The position numbers were made by a program, and so were the translations under genes. Of a DNA stretch of 64,000 bases, positions 59,044 to 64,000 are shown piece after piece. Within the stretch, counting starts at the first letter, position 1. Each line of letters opens with the position of its first letter. The notes beneath the pieces are model-generated. The model had not been told where the DNA came from. It did no database searches and saw only the letters and a program-made list of their open reading frames with translations. The DNA lies in the NCBI RefSeq assembly GCF_009914755.1, contig NC_060930.1, one strand, 5' to 3'. Source of the stretch: the human T2T-CHM13v2.0 reference genome, Homo sapiens.

Positions 59044-59550
59044 TGCATTAGTCAGGGTTCTCCAGAGAAAGAGAACCAACAGGAGAGAGAGAGAGAAAGA
59101 GATTTATGATAAGGTATTGGCTCAGACAGTTATGAAGGCTGAGAAATCCCACAGTCTGGTCTGCCATTTGCAAGCTGGAGATGCAGGAAAGCCAGGGGTG
59201 TCATTCGAAGGCCTGAGAGCTGAAGAGTTGATGGTGTCAATTCCAGTCCAGGCCTGAAGGCCTGAGAACCAGGAGCACATGAAGGCAGGAGAAGATCTCT
59301 ATCCAGCTCAAGTAGTCTGGCAGAAAATGAATTCAAACCTCCTCCTTCTTGTTTTTCTCTGCAGGCCCTCAAGGGACTGGACGATGACCATCCACACTGG
59401 GGAGGACCGTCTGCTTTACTCAGTCCACCAATTCAAATGCTGTTCTCTTCCTTGAAACACCCTCACAGACACACCCAGAAACAATGGTTAACCAGCTATC
59501 TGGGCATCTCATGACCCAGTCAAATCAACACATAAAATTAACCATCATAT
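59044..59550 (-). mobile_element. MLT2 (C/D-like) ERVL LTR
   Basis: cattagtcagggttctccagaga...caacacataaaattaaccatca. Confidence 0.78.
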
Positions 59551-59775
59551 GATGGAAACAACACTTGCATACATTAGTGCAGTTACTGCAAAAGGATTTT
59601 TCTAGGACCTCCTCCTATTTAAATATACGCTCCACTATACATATACATACTTACATATACTTAAACTCACATACATGGAGGATGAATGCGGCTCCCATAA
59701 ATGAACCTGTGCTATACCAAACATGTAAAATGTGAAATTTGCACACACACTTGTTGCTTTTCAAATCTGCTTCAG

Positions 59776-59781
59776 TTTATT
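59776..59781 (-). terminator. Probable VNN3P polyadenylation signal (AATAAA)
   Basis: tttatt on the + strand, about 110 nt downstream of the exon 7 stop. Confidence 0.6.
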
Positions 59782-59892
59782 ATATTTGTTTCTGTAAGTT
59801 TATAACATCTTTTCTAAACAGACACTAACGGATCTCTTTTTTTTCTTCCTTTCTTAGCCAGGCTAATCCTAAAAGGGCTCTGCTAAAGGAGA

Positions 59893-60021
59893 TCACTGGA
59901 ATTTCCCAGATCCCTGCCCTAAGCGTGGAGGGTCCTTCTCAAACACTCTTCCATACAGGGCCATAACTAAGACAGGCAAAGGGGCTCCACTTCGGCTCCT
60001 CAAGCGTCCATCTCTTGAAAT
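59893..60021 (-). pseudogene. VNN3P: VNN3P exon 7 coding-equivalent, lacking a GPI signal
   Basis: tttgaccag|ATT TCA: [42 protein letters not shown], with TGA at 59895-59893. Confidence 0.9.
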
Positions 60022-60700
60022 CTGGTCAAAGAAAGCAAAGGGTTAACTTCAGTGCAGAGTTTAGGTTACAACCTAGAGCCCTTCTCAGGCAAGATCACTC
60101 CCTCCTAAAGCAGTGTAGAATGGTAAAAATCACACAGGATTTGGTGTTGGAAGACCCAGGTTCATGTTTCAAGTCTGAAAGTAGAGGGACTTTGTGCGAA
60201 AGTGCAGCCAACAAATTTGTTGCACAGGTGGTCAAATAATATGTATAAAAATATGTTCTTCAAACTCATGAAACACTATACAAAATATTAGTTATTACTA
60301 TAATTATAACAACTTCTCAAAATAGTATACCCAGAAAATAAGTTGTAGATGCATTATTTAATGTATTTAATTTGCACCTTCTACACCATGCAAATGACAA
60401 CATTATTGCCATTATCAGCAGTCAACATTTTTATTTTAGCTTCTCTGTGAATTTCCTGTTGCCTTGAATATCAACATCACATTTATGTTAAAAAAATGAA
60501 CCCCAAATTCTCCATCACAGCCTAATGGCAATCTAAAACCACAATTTATATTCCATATCATAGTTTCCACATATTTAAGGTGTTTCTTGTAGAATGTGAA
60601 CCACGATATTGCTATACTCTCATTATTTCAAAGATTTTCATTATGCTGCTCTACCCATCTACTCTGCTCAAAGGAATTTATCATCCTGCACACCTCCTAC

Positions 60701-60874
60701 CTCATAATGTCTTTCAGGGGCAAGCTGACTCCCACTTAGAATGATCTGTGGGAAAACATAACGCGTTCCAAATGTGCCACTGAGGGAGAAGTCTTCAAAC
60801 TTGGTAAAAGCTGACCCCACAGGTTCTCCACACGTTTCCAGGTCAGTGGTTTGACACTTCAGTAATGCACATAT
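60701..60874 (-). pseudogene. VNN3P: VNN3P exon 6 (open frame)
   Basis: ccatag|ATA TGT: [58 protein letters not shown]|gtagga. Confidence 0.92.
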
Positions 60875-61572
60875 CTATGGAAGAAAAGAAAAGAGAAGGA
60901 GTCAGAAAACTTGCAAATATTTTCTCAGCTAAATAATGCAATTTCAAACTATAAATGCATATTTAAATTGCCTCATAAGAAGTATTTTTCAAACTGCAGG
61001 TAACAACTTATTAATGAATCCTAAAGTCAATATAGTGGGTCAGGATTAACACTTTTTATACTGAAGTCAAATAGAATAGACTAGGATTTTAAAAATCAGA
61101 GTGCATTGCACATAATAATAGCTATTTCTAATTCTATTTTAAATTATTTCATAAACTATTTCAATTAAATATCTTTTTTTTTATTCAGTCACACATCCAC
61201 TTGGCTACACTGGGTTATGAGGTAAAATATCCTTCTTTCTCTGGATTTAGTTGAAGACAATTTGAAAAACACTGCTCTAAAGTAACCTGACGGGAAAAGA
61301 GAATACACAGAAATTGCAGCTTTTGAAACCTGAACCTGGCCTGCTGAGAACTAATCAATTTGCTTTATGTTTTTGCCTTTCAACTAAAAGAACTAATTCT
61401 GTTCTTGCTAAGACTGAACAAATAATGTGTTCTGGGGACAAAATTCAGAGATAAATATAACATTACTAATTATAAAATTAGCTAAATCCAGCCCAATTTT
61501 CAAAGAAAGGCAATGATGACCTAGAAGAAAAACTGATAATAAGGCCACTTTAACATATTAAAGCATTTCTAC

Positions 61573-61946
61573 CTGTAAGTAATATTGGCCTTCTACTGTG
61601 TGCAGTCCATCAAAAGCACCTAGGGCATAGATCTCGTCTGTTCGCTTCTCAGACATCTTGTAAGTTAAGTGACAACACAGATCTTTCTGGCAAGCTGTGT
61701 AATTTCCTGTATTTCTCTTAAGCTTGGTGAAGGTAAACTCATCAAAATAAATCATCCCCAGAAAATCTGACTGTTCAGAGGAAAATGGCTTGACACTGCT
61801 GGCATACGCATGCCAGTCAACAGCTGCAGGGTAGGTGGGCTCACGGCGGGGCCGAGACTTCAGTTCTGATAGCAACAGCTGACCACTCTCTGTTTCCATG
61901 TCATAGTGGTACACCTTGACTGCTTCTGGGGCGTAGATTCCACTCC
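61573..61946 (-). pseudogene. VNN3P: VNN3P exon 5 (open frame)
   Basis: Within ORF 61558..61998: [29 protein letters not shown]...[12 protein letters not shown], homologous to VNN1 exon 5. AG and GT sites intact. Confidence 0.93.
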
Positions 61947-62419
61947 CTACAAGCAACATAAATACAAACATTGGTTTCAGATTTGTTATGGTGACCAACT
62001 AATAGAATATTCCCATGTGAAGTTAAATACAAAGTTATTAAAGCATATTTTCAAGATAGTTAAGGAGATAGCTGTTACATTGGCCTAAGTTCCAATTTGA
62101 CTCTGTGTCCTCCATAAGGTACTACTTGCACTGAAATTATCATTTGACTTGGGGGGCATAGTTTTAAGCTAACTTAGCAACAAACTAGAAAATCCCCCAA
62201 CGTGAAGAATAATTTTAGCTCTCCACTGACGATTTAGTTTATTTGTGTTTGGGATTTGTTATTCAACAAATAACAGAACAGTTAAAAAGGAAGCCTGCAT
62301 TACTTTGAACATGGATATGATAAAGGAGAAACTCTAAAAACCTGATTAAGTCAAAAGAGATTTTTATCACTTCAACAAGTTTTTTTTAATGCTTGAAATA
62401 TTTTTATTTGTTTGTATTT

Positions 62420-63385
62420 TTTTCTTCCAACTGTTATTTTAGGTATAGAAGGGGAACGTGTGAAGGTTTGTTACATGGGTAAATTGCATGTTGCTGGGGT
62501 TTGGTGTGCAAACGATTTTGTCACCCAGGTAGTGAGCACAGTATCCAATAGGTAGTTTTTCAATCCTCACCCTCCTCCCACCATCCCCCCTCAAGTAAAC
62601 CCTGGTGTCTATTGTTCCCCTCTTTGTGTTCATGTGTACTCAATGTTTAACTTCAACTCGTGAGAACACGAGGTATTTGATTTTCTGTTCCTGTGTTCAT
62701 TCGCTGAGGATAATGACCTCCAGTTGCATCCATCTTGTTGCAAAGGACATTATTTCATTCTTTGTTATGGCTATGTAGTATTCTATGGTGTATATGTATC
62801 ACATTTTCTTTATCCACTTCACCGTTGATGAGCACCTGGGTTGATTCCACGTTATTGCTATTGCTAAAACTGCTGCAATTAACATACAAGTGCATGTGTC
62901 TTTATGGTAGAATGATTTATATTCCTTCTGGTATATACCTATTAATGGGATTGCTGAGTCGAATGGCAGTTCTGTTTTAAGTTCTCTGAGAAATCGCCAA
63001 ACTGCTTTCCACTGTGGCTGAACTAATTTACATTTTCACCAGCAGTGTATAAGTGTTTCCTTTTTCTTCACAACCTCGCCAGCATCTGTTTGTTTTTTAT
63101 TTTTTAATCATAGCCATTCTGACTGGAGCGAGGTGGTATCTCATTGTGGTTTTGATTTGCATTTCTGTAATGATTAGTGATGTTAAGCATTTTTACATGC
63201 TTGTTGGCCACATGTATGTCTTCTTTTGAGAAGTGTCTGTTCATGTCCTTTGTCCATTTTTTAATGGGATAGTTTGTTTTTTGTTTGTTGATTTGTTTAA
63301 GTTCCTTATGGATTCTAGATATTAGATTTTTATGAAATGCATAGTTTGCAAATATTTTCTTCTGCTCTGTAGGTTATCTCTTTAA
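62420..63385 (-). mobile_element. L1 3' fragment (L1PA15-16/L1PB) in VNN3P intron 4
   Basis: Reverse L1 3' UTR and ORF2 end (ggtatctcattgtggttttgatttgcatttc, cttcttttgagaagtgtctgttcatg). Confidence 0.85.
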
Positions 63386-63688
63386 ACAACCAGACTTATT
63401 TCGATATTACTAATGCACATTGGCTAGGAAGTTTCTTAGAACTCTCTTTGATTTTTTTACATGACTTCCTCCAGCTCCAATTTCCTTTCAAGTAAAATTG
63501 AGATAATAATGTTTGCCTCTTTTATTCACAAGGACAATGAACGTTCCTTAAGTAGGAACAAATGCTATTATTAATTTTGTGATGTTAAAATTGGTAATAA
63601 AGTTATTAAACAAAAGTTTGTGGCTTGAAAATCAATGAAGCCTTCCTAAGACTGTCACTCCCACTTGGTGCAGGCCCGCGTGAGTTAC

Positions 63689-63979
63689 CTGTCATGTGCA
63701 TGCTGGTGTTGTGGGTATTTGCAGCAAGTAGATTGACTCCCATGGCCTTGGCCCATGCTGAATGGAAGGGAACAGCCGAGAGGAGGGGCAGCGTGTTGTA
63801 CCATGCTGTGGGGTAGAGAATGCTGTCAATTGAAACTCATCCACCACCACCACAGCTGGGTCATGAGAAAAAATGTCAAAGCAAGTAAAAATGCCAAACT
63901 TCCCAAAGGGAGTGTCAAAAGTCACAAGTTCTGAATCCTTGGGGAAATCAAACTGAATTTCAGGTGCAAAAAGATTGTA
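63689..63979 (-). pseudogene. VNN3P: VNN3P exon 4 with 1-nt deletion at about 63829-63831
   Basis: Acceptor aacag|TAC; reads [50 protein letters not shown]. The homologous [46 protein letters not shown] continues in another frame; donor ACAG|gtaact. Confidence 0.92.
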
Positions 63980-64000
63980 CTGTTAATAAAAAGCAAAGAA

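Larger units (their letters stand above)
59893..63979 (-). pseudogene. VNN3P: VNN3 / VNN3P (vanin-3) exons 4-7: 63689..63979 (frameshifted), 61573..61946, 60701..60874, 59893..60021; the gene continues beyond the window end
   Basis: Paralogous to VNN1 exons 4-7 with the same intron phases. Exon 4 is 291 nt against 292 nt in VNN1, which shifts the frame after DEFQ and gives TGA at 63694-63692. Exons 5-7 are open. Confidence 0.93.

Overview
This is primate, almost certainly human, genomic DNA from the vanin cluster; I recognise it as chr6q23 from the proteins encoded. The window holds the complete 7-exon VNN1 (pantetheinase/vanin-1) gene on the minus strand, CDS join(50793..51002, 48676..48806, 30958..31150, 29992..30283, 29191..29552, 21304..21474, 20109..20291). 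That gives 513 aa with a signal peptide, the nitrilase triad E79/K178/C211 and a C-terminal GPI signal. Upstream of VNN1 on the same strand are the last four exons (4-7) of VNN3/VNN3P; exon 4 has a 1-nt deletion and frameshift, while exons 5-7 are open with intact splice sites. VNN1 intron 2 carries an antisense processed cyclin G1 pseudogene and a long L1MA lacking ORF1. The pseudogene contains an unexplained GC-rich insert and abuts an L1 ORF2 fragment. The rest is dense interspersed repeats: Alu, L1, L2, MIR, MaLR/ERV LTRs, Tigger/hAT elements, and a HERV-K(HML-2) LTR5 solo LTR inserted into an Alu with a perfect 6-bp TSD. I found no evidence of a wholly new biological system. The most unusual observations are local ones: a 149-bp templated duplication into the VNN1 promoter, a retro-insert nested in the CCNG1 pseudogene, a possible CCNG1-L1 chimeric junction, and an E-box plus D-box promoter arrangement. 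Repeat subfamily names are assigned from memory of consensus sequences, and boundaries without a stated TSD are approximate.
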